Below are positions 24,905-39,000 of a stretch of 64,000 nt of DNA, in pieces; position 1 is the stretch's first letter; each line of letters begins with the position of its first letter. A program made the position numbers and the translations under genes. The stretch lies in the NCBI RefSeq assembly GCF_000002075.1, contig NW_004797296.1, positions 1,327,417 through 1,391,416 of the forward strand, given 5' to 3'. This DNA comes from Aplysia californica. Taxonomy: Eukaryota. The notes below the pieces were generated by a model. That model did no database searches and was not told where the DNA came from. It saw nothing but the letters and a program-made list of their open reading frames with translations.

Positions 24905-27077
24905 CTGTCAACAAGAAATATAAAAGAACATTAGTCGAACCAAGTCTCTATCTTATAAATCGCCACTCTACATCTCATTCTCTGTAGCTAAAATGGGGGA
25001 AAAAAATTACCTGGATGTTGTTGTCTTAACTTAAAAGTCATCTATCTAATAAGTACACAACCAAAATACAAAATGCATATCTTATAAAATTCAGATGAAC
25101 ATATTTTTACATGATGAAGTTTATACATTTTCTTTTTAGAAATTCTATTATAAAGTTATTAAAAAGGCCACATGCAGGGCCAATTTAATTTAAGGGTCAA
25201 GTTCTTGGAAAGAATAGGAAATCATTATATTGAATAGTATAATACTGAAATAGTAAATTCTTAACCCTATCCGTACGCCCTGGGGTCATTTTGTACCCCA
25301 GGGGTTGTATTTCACATTTTAGAATATCTCTAGCACGAAAATCTCTTTGAAACTTTCAGTATTTAAAAAAAAAATCCTTTTGACAGACTGCTATGCAAAG
25401 AGTACGGATCGGATTAACGAGTAAATTTCTCTTTGGAAAGTGGTAGCAGTACAGATTTCCCCACGTCCTATCGATACGATAGTAAAACACGACGTACAGA
25501 TAGGGTATAAGAAATTAAGAGCCTAGATTGATCATACATACAAAGATCTTTCCCTGAGACCAATGCATTATGACTGTTAAAAGTGATCACTTATTTTTAA
25601 TAATATATATCAGAGACCCTATTCTATATATTTTGTATTCCGAGGATAGCCTTTCAATTTCAATAGTCTTTTCCTGACTCTTCACCTTCGACCCAAGTCT
25701 AATCATCAAAAGCTTTATTTGCACTCCTGCCATCAATTCCACAGCAGACTTCATATGATATAGTCTAGAGTCTCTATCTTTTTAAAGGTGAAGTCACACG
25801 CTTTTTTACACCATAACACGATGATGATCGAACTGAAAACTCGACAAGGAAGGATCTGTAATCTGTACTTTACTTTGCTGATGAAATTTGAAAAGGTTAT
25901 GCAATTATAATACCTTATCTAAAATGGAATGATCAAACACTACGATAAGTGTTGCAAATCAAACTTGCAAAAGTCGCTGTCATCCGTGGCTGACATACTG
26001 ACAAGTAACTTAGATCTGGTAAGAGTAGGTAAAGGCAGGTTCTGCTAAGGCTAAAGTGCTAAAGTTGCTATCAAAAACAAATCAAGACATTCAAGAATCG
26101 CACTTGTATTAAGAAGAAGGCCTAGAACCGGTTCTCTAATCACATACAAAGTGCATCCTGCTAAATTCATTTCTAATGTAAATATATCAAACTAAATAAA
26201 AGGTATACAAACCGAAATACATTATCCAAAAGGGCACAGCTCTCTGTCTGAACACACAGTTCAGATCCCTTTCAGGGCGCTTATTTAGATTGTCGCTAAG
26301 GAAGTTATTGATGGCAAGCAAGGACCGCGGAAAATGAAACGGCTATTAGTATGTCAGCGGTCAACGTTCAATGCAGAGAATTATTCTCCGAAAGATAATT
26401 TAAAAAAAATTAAATGTTCCATTGTATTAATATTTTTTACACCTATTCCTCCATTTCAAATATCAACTTATATCTAATTTGGACAGTCGTCTTTTTCAGG
26501 CTTCCAAAAACTGTGCCGCTTGTAAAAGAGTGCATTTCTTGATAGAAATTATCAAGAAACATTTTTCAAAAAAATTATTATCAGTTTGGCAGAATATCCT
26601 ATGAGTAAAACGGGATTTGAAACACATTTTATAACAATATTGTGAAAAAAATGCTAATAGGCTGTTTAGAATAATTATTTGCAGATTTTTAATCTCCTTA
26701 ATCAAACCAAATGTATGTACGGAGCCACCCTACTGCACTTGTCCCACAAGATGTGAACAAAAATCGCTGAAAACGCTAAACGGGTTATTTTGCTTCAGTC
26801 CCACTTTTTTAAAAACATTATCCCCCTCCCCTTCAGATGATGCATATCTCTGGTTATTTACTGACAAATTCATTTAGTAAATTATTCAAATAGAAATGGA
26901 TTTTTAAAAAGCCCAAACAAACATCACACACTTGCCGCAAAACAAAACCAAAACATTGAGCGGAAGTACGTGCACCACCAGTGCAAGTCCCATTTCTGTG
27001 GGACACGAGCGAAGAAACGTCAAAGTGTTGTCGAGTCAGTCCGACGGTCGGTGACGAGGGCGAGATAAACTTCAGAA
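24905..27077. promoter_or_regulatory. Divergent AK9/HGD promoter region including the AK9 5'UTR intron
   Basis: Head-to-head ATGs 2.2 kb apart, relatively CpG-rich near 26900-27070, ETS-like GCGGAAGT at ~26960. Confidence 0.55.
25265..25505. mobile_element. piggyBac-like MITE
   Basis: TTAA-CCCTATCCGTACG...CGTACAGATAGGG-TATAA: CCC/GGG termini with a degenerate TTAA site. Confidence 0.65.
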
Positions 27078-27095
27078 ATGGCTGCTGAGCTCAAG
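27078..27095 (+). CDS. HGD: HGD exon 1 (MAAELK)
   Basis: gaaATGG start, gttagc donor; resembles the HGD N-terminus MAELK. Confidence 0.85.
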
Positions 27096-30000
27096 GTTAG
27101 CGTTGAAAAAAAAGTTTTCTTTTTCAGTAGTATTTTTAATATAGTATCTTATTATTATTTGCATCGTTTCTATGATTACAAATATAATAATTAAACGAAT
27201 AAAAGTCTGATGTTTGAGTCGTGGACTAAACAGACGGTGCATGATGACACTGCATGCTGAGTGTTGTTATTGCTGATGTGTGGTTCGATAATCGTGGAGA
27301 AGAAGAAAACAAGTATATCTAGACTTTATATTGTCATTGTCTTTTAGTTTTTCGTGATAGCTGTTATCACTTATCACGTAGGCCTAATCATTGCAAACGC
27401 GTGTAAAGATATTTTTAAATTCATTCTCTCAGAGCAAACTTGATGTCTTTCACCCCTAAGTCCTTGACCCTTAGACTTCGCGCTTGGGGGTGTGCCGCGT
27501 TGCTGAAATTTCATTGGCTTGTTATTAGAACACACCTCCAGTGTATGATCACACTAGCATAACATGATGTGCTTGTCCTTCAGATTTTGAGGTCAGCTAG
27601 TTTATTATGCCACGGAGCCCTATGTTTCACCCCCTTTCCCCCTCTCATTCTCATAGGCACACTATTTTCTTCTCGTTTTTTCCCCATTGGAACATTTAGA
27701 ATCTAGATCTTGTCTGATTAACCTAAGCCAAGCTGGCCCTTGCCCTGCCGTGTCCAGTTGCCCGTTTGATTTAAAATAAAAATAAAAGAAGAAAAAAAAA
27801 TCTCAGTCAAAATTAAGGCGTTGGCTGAGGTCTTCCTAAATTTTATTAAAACGTATATTTAGCATATTAAAATTGCTATAAGTTATACGTTAGATCATAC
27901 AGTCTGGGGAGTGGGGAATGCCTAGGACTATTATGCAAGCTGTTTGATAGCTAGCCTGTCTGCCAGAATTTAAAATGTCACAAACCCTGAAATCATTTTT
28001 TTTCCAGGGGAGAGAAAACACGAGCTCATTCTTTTAACTTCATTAGACTTCAAAATTGATGCAATAATAAGAAAATATTATATAAAGGCATTGTCCATTG
28101 GTTGAGATAAATTACCATCTCTTGAAAAGATGTTTTTGTAATGTGAAGATTAGACTGTTCATTATTTCCTTTTTAAGCTGATAAAATTTACAAATATAAG
28201 CCATACTTATTTGACTTACTACTGTGGTTTACTTTGCCAAAAGCGTGGTTTGCTAGATTACAAATCGGTACAGCTTATGATCACAACTTAAAAACTTTCA
28301 TAGAGAATAAAATTTATAGTTTGCAGACCTTTAAAAGATAGAACATAAATGATAATATTAGCACTTTACAAGAATTTAAATAAAGAAGTTTTAGTAGAGG
28401 TTTTAAGTATTACAGAAATCGTCAATCTGCGCTCTTGATAATTTTTTTAGTTCATGATGTAAAAAAAGTACCCTAATGACTACATATATATATTTATATT
28501 CTTGTTAATGATTCGAACTGGAAATTATATAATAATACGTAGATCTTTGTATTATAGTGTGCATTTTTAGCATTTTATTACTTTGAAAAGTACCGTCTTA
28601 TTTCACCTTCCCATTTAAAACCTCTTTTCTGATGGAAGCGCTCATGTAAAGTCTCGCGTTTATTCATCACGCACACACACGTACGCACAATCAAATACAT
28701 TCCTTTATAAAAAGCATTGGTCGTCAGCTGATTTCAACTCCTGAATATTTTTTTATTTTCGTGATAGATCTTATCTTTGCAAGTATTGTGCAGGGGTAAC
28801 AGTGCTTGATGACTCATGGCTTCATGATTTTGTCAGACTGTTGTCCTTTTGTCTCAGACAGTCCTTGCACTGAATGTCCCCTTGTGAGGAATAACGGACT
28901 GCTTGTATGTCAACCACTTAACCCGCCTGGTTGAATGTTTGAGTAGAATTCGCTTGTACTCATGAATATTTTCTGAAAAAAGGATGGTCTGGGTATTTGA
29001 CTTTAATTGGTTGAAGGGCTTTGACGCACCAGTCTGACAACATTAACAGAAGGTATATGTGTTTTAGAGTGTATATTTGAGGGATCATTCAATGACGCTG
29101 TAAACGCTATTCGACTGCCCTTCAGTGCGTCTCTGTTGGATACTTCTGTTCAATTGTGATGTTGAGCTCACAAGTTAGGGCTGAGATCCCTCTGGCAGGT
29201 GTAGTGTTTTTAATTTAGGAACGGCATTCATCACTCTGCAGTATTATTTTGCCATAAATATTGGCAAGGGATCGTGCATATATAGTCTATGATGCAAGAT
29301 CACAATTCATCAGAAGTCAATCGACCTTCCCCCTCATGCCAGACATAACAGTCCACATCCTACGCTGTAATTATTGTAAGTTGTGCACAGCCAGCTAGCT
29401 TTCTTCTACAGTACTAGCACAGGCCATGAGCAGGGTACACAACAAATTAAGACACATTGAAGATTCATGCAGATGATGCCTACTCTGTAGGCCTATATGC
29501 ACGATGCTTCCTTTGTTTGGGTCTCGGGCCTGTATTTTTGTCCATTTCTTTCTCGTGTCTCCTTGCTATCTTTATGAACTACGTACCAGCTTCCTCCAAC
29601 ATATTTGTCATGAAAGTTTTTTTGGTCTTGTTAATTATAAACGTCTTTCAATTTTGATTACAAAGGTTAAATTAAAACCCATCATTGAAGACATTGTTGT
29701 AGATGAGACTGATCTTCAAAATAATGTAGCGGTGAACCGGTTATCTTTCCATTTTATCTGTTTTCTTTGACAAGCTGAATGCCCATATACGCCATATAAT
29801 AGTGCATCATAAATTCCCCTTCTCCTGATCAGCTTCAGAATCTTCTTCAACAGTCTTGAGAAAACAATGAATTATTACCCTCTTGCTGCATTCAGAAGGG
29901 CCACATGTGTGCATATTTTTCGTTACATCTAAGAAAATTGTAAATATTATGTCTATAAGACATAGAACTTTGTCTGGGCGGGCAGGTTTGGAAAGACCAG

Positions 30001-33000
30001 TCTCCACCACCCTGTGTGGCCATGCGGGTTGTTATATAAAGCAATCATAAATTATGCAGCCCAGGAGAGCATGGCTATAGCTAGGCTATTTTACATTGGC
30101 ACTTGTGATTTGATAGCCATTTAGAATTTATGATTCGACAAGATATTTCTCTGCACATGCAGCCAAAAGGGCCTACCATAGATTGAAAAACTGCTATATT
30201 TTTTTTTTGTGGAAAATGTTTGGCTTGTGATGTTTTAACAGCTGGTGACGATAAATGGTTTAGTCTAAATGTAGACATTATGAAGGATAATTTTAAAAAT
30301 CAATGACGCTTTACTGATGTATAGTTCCAGATACTGCAATTATATAGTACTTTATTTAGGCTGTAGAGAATCTTGTATGGCCATTAACTTCAGATACTCA
30401 TGTTTTCATGTTTTAAAAGGATACTATGTATCTGGATTACATAAACTGCTTTGGGAGACTGGGTAGCTTCAGAAAGTTGTACTAAAGTACTTGTTTAGGC
30501 CTACATGGTGGCAAATGATTTAAAAAATATTATTGAACTATAACAGTGTCACAGGGCTTGGTTAGAGTCTTGACCCTTACATTAATAATAAATCTTAAAT
30601 TCTGAAGCACCCTTTGATATTTTAAATCATGTCTCAATCTAGTCTAGTGAAATAAGGCGTTAGACCTGTGTGATTTAAAAAGGTTGTGTGTTCAGTTCGA
30701 GACCCCAAAAGTAAGATGTTGTTTACTTCAAAATGTGTACTTGGCAAAGTAGATATTCATGTATAATTGAAAGCAGTGTATGTGCGTTATAGAGCTTGAC
30801 AGTATTTTTAGCTTTGGGGACAGAGATAGTAGTTGTAATAATTGAAATGAGCCTGAATTATTTGGTGAAGTCATCCAGCCTTCCGAGTTGTTGACACGAG
30901 ACCTTTCAGCAGTGTTCATTTTCGTCCCCAGCATATATATTATTATCCAATTCCTCTGAGGGGGAAAAGGACTTAACAAATAATAGAGCAAAGATTAACA
31001 AAATCAAAAGGGCTCAAATCAAAGTCTTCTATTTTGATTATGTATTTTGAGTTTTGTGTCAAAATGACCCTCTCTGGTCTTGTGCATTTAATGAGCTCCC
31101 TTGAGTTGACTGCTAGTACTCCCCTACAAGCTGAAGCATGCTTTGGATGTGAGTACAGCACTTCATGGACCAGTACTTGATTTGTTAGGTGATTACCATA
31201 TTCTTCTTGATAAAGTTGTTATAATATTCTATGGTGTGCAATAAACTGGATTAAAAGTTTTGCTTATCACAGCAAGGAATGTTAATATTGGAGTTTCCCT
31301 TAGCTTCAAATGTACTTCTGAATTAGGATACTTGATAGATATTATATCATTTATGTGATGTATGAGACTTTCATGATTCATGAGTAATCAGTGGCTCAAT
31401 GTTTTAGAGCCAAACTTAAATGGTTAGGGTTTACTTTCTGGAAGGCATTGCTATACTAGTCTATATGAGTATCATAAAGTAAACACTTTTTTCACCTTTG
31501 CAGTACATGTCTGGTTTTGACAATGAATTTGCCACTGAAGACCCCAGATGTCCTGGAGCCTTGCCAGAGGGCCAGGTGAGTGTTTCATGTAATCATAATA
31601 AGAGAATATAATTCATGATTTCCAAGTCAAAGAATAATGATTGTGTTGTTAGTCATAGTTGTTCTAACAGGTGTCACACTGTCACGCTCTCTTCTTTATT
31701 TATATGGGTGTCCACTCCACTACTGCTTTCCTGATGTGTTTATTTTTCTCACAGATCATATCACAATGTATTTATTTTGTGTAATATAATATTGTATATA
31801 GGTTCCCCTTGGTTAAACTGCCGTTGAATTGATGAGAGTGAAGTGTTTCATATAGAGTTAAATGGTCCAACTTAATGATTATTTTTTTTCTTTTTACTCT
31901 TTCTCTTGTATGATCAATCTTTTGGTGTAGGCTACTTCTTTGACTGCCTGTCTTCTAACACAGTCATTATCGCTGTCTTGAGCATTGTGTTGGATTTTGC
32001 ATTTTTTACAATCTGAATTTATGTAAAGCTTACGAGATATATTTTATTTTGTCCAAAAGCAAATTTTCGGGTATTTCTCCTTTGAAGAAGAAAAATAATA
32101 ACAAGTTGTATCCGTGGCAAAAAATGAATGATCAGTCGTTTATGGTACGTAGTTGGGTTTTTTTTCCTTGATCTTCCTCTCCATAACCACTGAATACATG
32201 TTTTGAAGTTTTGTCATTTGTTTGTAAAGGCAGAGGAGGGAATGGGTTGGGGTATTTGATATGCTTTGTTAATACATAAAGGATGTTGACTACCTATTCC
32301 TTTCTACAGAACAATCCACAAAAATGTGCTTATGGACTTTATGCTGAGCAGCTATCAGGTTCTGCATTTACAGCCATGAGGCATGAGAACAAAAGAACGT
32401 AAGTCACTAAAAGTATCATAAAGCCTCCACTTCTGGTCAATATCATTTACAGCAAGATATATATTGCACTTTAGATAGGTTTTTCTTTTTTTCTTCATTT
32501 GTGTATTTGTGTATTATATTTTGCATTGTCAACCTCCCCACCCCCCACCAAAAATAAAAAAGTGTCCATGCAAGAAACAGTGTGCACAGCTGTTGCCCTT
32601 ATCCTCTTTTAAAAAAAATTATTTCTGATATTTTGCCTGCCCTCGTAATCCATTTTCACACAGGTATAGCCCTCCTTCTTTTTCTTACAAAAGGACAGCA
32701 TGGTATACTAAATTGTATTGAGTATACTTGTATGAAAAATAACTAATCTTTGTTTCTTTCTTTTTTTCTTCACAGATGGCTTTACAGGATTCGACCCTCT
32801 GTCATTCACAAACCATTCAAGAAGATCGACAATGGTTTGTTGACTCATGACTGGGACACTGTGGAGCCAAACCCAAATCAGGTTTTTGTTGTTCCTAAAG
32901 TGAAGAGTTTGGTCTTTTAATGTTTTGAATTGTCTGGAGCACGTTTCAAAAATAAATTTATAAATTACCTGTGGGTGGTTGATGATTTCTCTGGTGTGGT

Positions 33001-36000
33001 TTCCTCCTTCCTTCTTATCAAACATCTATCGTCCTTACCTTTCTTCCCTTTTTTGTTGTGTTTGTTACTCCCTTGTAATACCTCTAATCTTCTGCACTTA
33101 TATGACCTAGTTGTCTTGCATGTACCATGACAGTCTTATTAAAACAAAAACTAAATTATCTTTTCTAAGCCCTTAAATGTATTTCATATTGTTTGTGATG
33201 ATTGAAATTTAAGAGAGGAGTTTCGTTTCTCTTTACCAAATGATCCAGTCACACTAACTTCTTTTATCCCTCACCAATGGTAAGCTGCATTGGAGATTTT
33301 AAACTTTAATCAAGATGATATGGAAGAGTGAGGCAAAAGTGTTGTAAACATTCAGGAGTCTTATTAGAACAAAATCTAACTATCATACCACACTCTGTTT
33401 AGTACATGTTACATTCTTGATTTAATGGTCAGGTTGTTGTTTTTTTTGCTCTGGTGGGCAGGGTCAAAACAATTCACCTTCTAAAGGATCCAAATTGTGT
33501 AAATTTGGAAGTGAAATTTCGATGATTGTTAACATTTTTGAGAAAATGATATTGGTTCCTGGAATAGAGCCAGTTATTGGACTTACAAAAAAAACCTTTC
33601 TCATAGTCAATGCAACTTGCCTTCTCAAGGATCCAATTTGTGTAGATTGGGTAGTGAAATTTCTATAATCATTAACATAGTTGAGAAAATGGTGTTGGTT
33701 CCTTGTAGTCAGAGCCAGTTTTTAAGACTTTTATGAACATCCTTTCTCGTAGTCTCGCAGTCTCAGCAGTTTCCTCTAGACTTGAACCAGTTCAGACTTT
33801 GCGCCAATCCTGTAAATTATCATAGAAAATTAAATTTCATTTGTTTCTGTTTTAATGCTTGAAAAAAATTGATAGATGTTTATTTGATCCTATTTTGCTT
33901 ACAGTTGAGATGGAATCCCTTTGACTTCCCCAAGAAAAAGCAGGATTTCGTTGAGGTGAGGATTGTTGAAGTTGCCTTGTTCTACTATTAAATTTAATTC
34001 TGTTCATTCTGTAATATGAACAAATATGAGGATAATTTCTCAGCAACAATTATAAATATTTTAATAATGACTTTTAGGAAATATTTTAAAATCCTGATAT
34101 ATTAGTTGGATGAAAATATGGTGTTTGTTCCTTTTAAAGACAGTTTTTGGACTGATGATCAATTTTTCAAAGATTCCTTCGATTTTGTGTATAACATTTC
34201 CACTTTTTTAAGGTTGCTTTGCTATTCATTAATGTTGTCTGTTTATTTTTCTTTCTTAACCATTTCATCATTTGTTCCATGAGCAAAATTGTGTCTTCAA
34301 GACAGTTCATAATCACTGACAACATTTTCTTTGTTGTTAAGGTGTAGTGTGTGAGTGTGGAAACTAGCATTTATTACAGTTTGATATACGAATAACTTGA
34401 ATACAAATTTCCAGGTGTTAAATATGTCAATGTTTTTTCCTGATATTCAGATATTTTCTTGTGCTTTTGTTTTGTATTTTGCTATTTGTGTGTGTTTGTG
34501 GGGGGGGGGGTGGGGTGGTAATGATTATAAAGTCATCTTATCAAAAGAAATTTGCTGCCTATTTCCACGTTGTGGTCAGGATCAGGTGTGCTTGTTAACT
34601 CAGCTGCTAACATGCTGGAGACAGCATAAATGACTGGTTTAAATTAAACATGGGTCGTTCTTGAAAGTTGGGTTTTGTAGTGGGGGTTCGATGCTCTTCA
34701 TTACTCGGTCTTTTCCTGTGGGCATTAAATTAAGATACCTTACCTCATGAATAATCTTACAGTGTTGAAAGGGGCAGTTAAGTCATTAACTTTGTCTTTG
34801 CTTGTCAGGGTCTTGCCACAATTTGTGGTGCTGGAGACCCAAAAGCCCGCAGTGGCATTGCAATCTACATCTACACTTGCAACAAACCTATGGAAAATAA
34901 GTGAGTGCCAGTATGGTTGAATTTACTTGACAGGGTGTCTTAATCTAGTAGTGAGGGTATAGGAGTTACAATGGTTGAATCCTGGGTTTTATGACCAGCT
35001 AATCCGGGTACAATATTTTGGCTTTGGGAACTATTCAGCCAAGAAACTGAAGAATCATTCAAGGTCTAAAGTATATCTGGCATAAGAACAAAAACTGTAT
35101 TATGTATTTAGTTAATGTTTGTAGGCTGTGGACTAGATACTGAAAGTGAGACAGATTTAGAGAGCAAAATTATTTGGTAAGCATATTTACAAAAATAAAC
35201 TAAGACATTTGTTATGGGAGGAGTAGTTGTTGGTTTTTTTTTTGGGGGGGGTTTGTGTGTGTGTTTTTTTTGGTAGATAAATTATGAATGGTGCACTTAA
35301 TAGAATTGTTTATTGGGGGGGGGGGTGTTAATTTTTTCCAGGGTTTGGAGTTTGGAGTACTCATTCCTTTTATTTAATTCCTTCTTTTTTGTTCTTCAGG
35401 TGCCTGTACAACTCGGATGGCGATTTTTTGATTGGTGAGTTTCATTGATGTAATTGCAGTCATGCAGACTTGAATTGTAGCAGATATAGTATACTCTGCG
35501 GTGTAAAGAAATGGATGACTATTTGCAACGTAATGTCACAAATTTGGTTTTAATAAAATAAAAATCTTCATATAATGTCTTGCTATTGACAAGATGTTTG
35601 TCTTTACTCTCTAAAAGAAAGAATGTTTATTGACAGTGTTTTTCTGATTAATGAACCGAGTCATTCTCTGCTCCTGACGTAAAGTAATTTATTTTTTTCG
35701 CTTCCCATTTCAGTTCCACAAGAAGGGACTCTGTTCATCACAACAGAAATGGGAAAAATGAATGTTGCACCCAATGAAATTTGTGTTATACAGGTGAGAA
35801 TATTATTTCATGGTGATATATAATTCCCTTTAATTCTATAACGGGGTCAGAGGAGGAGGAGGGAAGCAGAAGAGGAAAATCTAATTGTTGTACATGTTCT
35901 TTACTCTTTTCCTACAACTTTATAGGTGGGGAGCTCCATAAATAATTTTTTTTTTTTAAAGAGACTTGGTCTTGTTATTTTTATTTCAGAAAGAGTACTT

Positions 36001-39000
36001 GAATATTTAGTTACTGATAACCAACTCTCGACTGTCAAAGTGGCACTGAAAACAAATTAAGCTATGAATTTCGTGTTGGTAGTTCCACACTCATGTGCTC
36101 AAAATGAGACATCCAATCTTTGTTTTGATAACAAAAAGTAAGCTTGCTTTCCTGTCTTTATGCCTTTCCAATCGGTAATGACAGTCTTAAGTGTGATATT
36201 CATGTAGAACTTACAGTGTTCACAAAGTTTGATGGAAGTTTTAGAATTAAGGAAAACAAATTGTCATCTTATTTGCCCCTCAAGAAGTTAATGTTCTGCT
36301 AAGCTCAGCATTTTGTGATCTTCATTGAACATAAATTGAAGATTAATCTATCTTGTTGTTGTTTTTTGTGTGTGTTCTTATTCATTGATTGGAAATGTCT
36401 TCATCTTGTGTGTCAGCGAGGCATCCGATTCAGCATTGACGTGAAGGGCAACTCAAGGGGCTACGTCCTGGAAGTGTTCTCTGACCATTTTGTTCTCCCA
36501 TCGCTTGGACCCATTGGTAGGCCCTTTGTTTTCTGAAACAGACTAGTTTGGGTTTGAGGTTTTTTTGTGTGTGTGAGTGGGGGAGAGGGGGGGGGGGGGT
36601 GAGGGTCTTGTTGGCACCTCTTGCAGTTGAATGTTTTGTGTTTGTTTGTGATTTCTTGGGGATTTTTCTAGGGTTTGGGGAAGTTGGGAGGGAGTGGGGG
36701 GTGGTAGTGAAAGTTTGTCTGATGATTTCACAGTAGTAATGTCGTGGTATTTTGATTAAGTGATAAAACTCTTTTTGGGATATTATAAATACCAGGTCAA
36801 GTTTTTATTTTTCAGTTATGCGTTTTTATTTTTCAGTTATGGCTGGATTTCTGCTCTTTCTCTATACTATTATTTTTATGGATTTTCTCTTGATGTTTTA
36901 GGTTTTGTCTCAAAAAATGCTTTTTTGAAACCATAGATCCACTCCAGTGGCCAAGTGATTAGTGGGCACAGTTTCGAAAATAATGTCAAGCAATGGTGGT
37001 CACACTGCACTCACTTACTTGAGCAAGTAAAGTTAAAAACTAAGGTCATGCACCACAACGACAAACACTGCATGCTACTGTTTCATTTTGTAATGTCATA
37101 TCATTGACTTGTTTGCTTGACATCTTTTTAAAAAAAACCTTTTTACTTCGATCAAACAGTTATCTTCTATCTGCTCAGGAAAAGTATGAGTATGATGAAT
37201 TAATGTTCAAGCTTTTGTGTCTATAGCCACCAATACACAGAGCTGGTTGTAACGGAGTACAAGTACTCCGGTACTTGTACTTACGTTACAATTTTCGGTA
37301 CTTTTACTGTACTCCGGTACATTTTGAGAACCAGTACTTTTACTGTACTCCGATACTTTTTATAAAAGTACTTTTGAGCATTTTTAAAGTACATTTTGAG
37401 TACTTTTGAAGCTTAATGAAAGAATAAGTGCCGGCATTTCTGGTCATAATTTACGGAACAAACACCTGGGCGGGCACAGCCGATCAACCAAGAGTTAAAA
37501 GCAGAGATTAAAGAACTGCCTGTAGCGTCAAAGATAAGCCACTCTCGTGAATGTTTTTCTCTATTCCCGAATTTGCGAGAGAGCTTGAATTCTAATTGGT
37601 GTGGTCACGTCGTAATGGTACGTAACGACAAAGGCGGGGGGGACTCAATCAGAGATGGAAGGCTACAATTTTTGGACAGGTAAAGGGGAGGGGCAACTGG
37701 ATAAACGTAGATAAAGATCTCGAGACGATATGCTAATGAGAGAACGGTATAATATTGTGGCATGCCTCATGCCACCATGCTACTGTGATTGGTCATCACC
37801 TTCTTTTTAAGGTTGATCACTCTTTGCTCGCCATATGTCATAAACCTACCCAGGGGTCACGTCAATTCATGGGTCACTGTAGATTCTTCCTTGGCTTCGT
37901 CGGCTAAGATCCCGTATTTCCCTTGCTCCCGAGCACTGGAATCTTAGGCGGAGACTACTATAGTAGAGAATTTTTGGTTAAACAACACTTACTGGACTCT
38001 AGGAAATTACATGTAGGCCTATTTTGGTTTGCCGTGGGTGCCGTGGACTACACAGTGTGACCAAAATCTGTCTTACCACTATTATAATCAATTGAAACTG
38101 AAACTGAGTTCTCAATGTATATCAATCTAACAATTTTTTAGGCTACCTAAATTTCTTTTTTTCCTTTTTTGTGGTTTGTGCTTAAGGCTACCTTGATTCC
38201 TTGAGGATTCGTTAATGAAGAATTCAATGCATTCTTTTTTTGCTGGCCATTTTCAACAATTTTATATTTTCTTAAGAGCAACTTTGTCTTTACATTTTCC
38301 AATTTGGATACTTTTCCTACTTTCCGACCTCTAGTACTGACTTACATTTGATCACATCGTCTTGCACAAAAAAGTTTTATTCATAATATCACTTACTCAC
38401 TAGTTGCGTCTGTTTGTTTGCTGGGGTTTTTTTTTTCAATTTCACGGACCATTTCCACCTACGTTCAGTGCGTATATTCAAATGCTTTATATACTGTTTA
38501 CATTATTAGTAATAAATGGCTGAATTTGTCAAATATACTAGATATGTTATTCAATATGATGTTTTGCCTTAGCACTGAAGTGTTTTAGCATATTAGCAGA
38601 AAGTACTTAAATGTACTCATAAGTACTTTTTTAAAAAGTACTTGTACTCAAATACATTTTACAGGAAAGTACTTTTACTGTACTTAAGTACATATTTTAG
38701 ATTGTACTTAAATTTGTACTTAAATACATTTGAAAAAGTACTTCAACAGCTCTGCCAATACACCCCTTAGAAACCATTTCATTCGTGATCTAACAATCAA
38801 GAATGATTATAATATTGCTATGGATATGAAAATGTGTAACGAGTAACTCTGTTTGTATGTTTGTATTTACTTTACAGGGTGAGTAAAAAAATGTTTGAGT
38901 TTCTCTCTTTAAAAAAACCCCACCTTTTTTTGTGATAGAGACCCTGCATAATTTTACTGTCAATGCCTTTAAAATGATTTCACGTCTTCTTGCAGGTGCC

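Noticed and set aside
29400-30010. Coding-looking minus-strand stretch in HGD intron 1
   Set aside because: Stops occur in the frames I read and I recognise no domain; it may be a transposon fossil, which BLASTX would test.
37255-37410. Repeated GTACT units superficially like a repeat-spacer array
   Set aside because: They are irregular subterminal repeats of the hAT element in a eukaryotic intron, not CRISPR.
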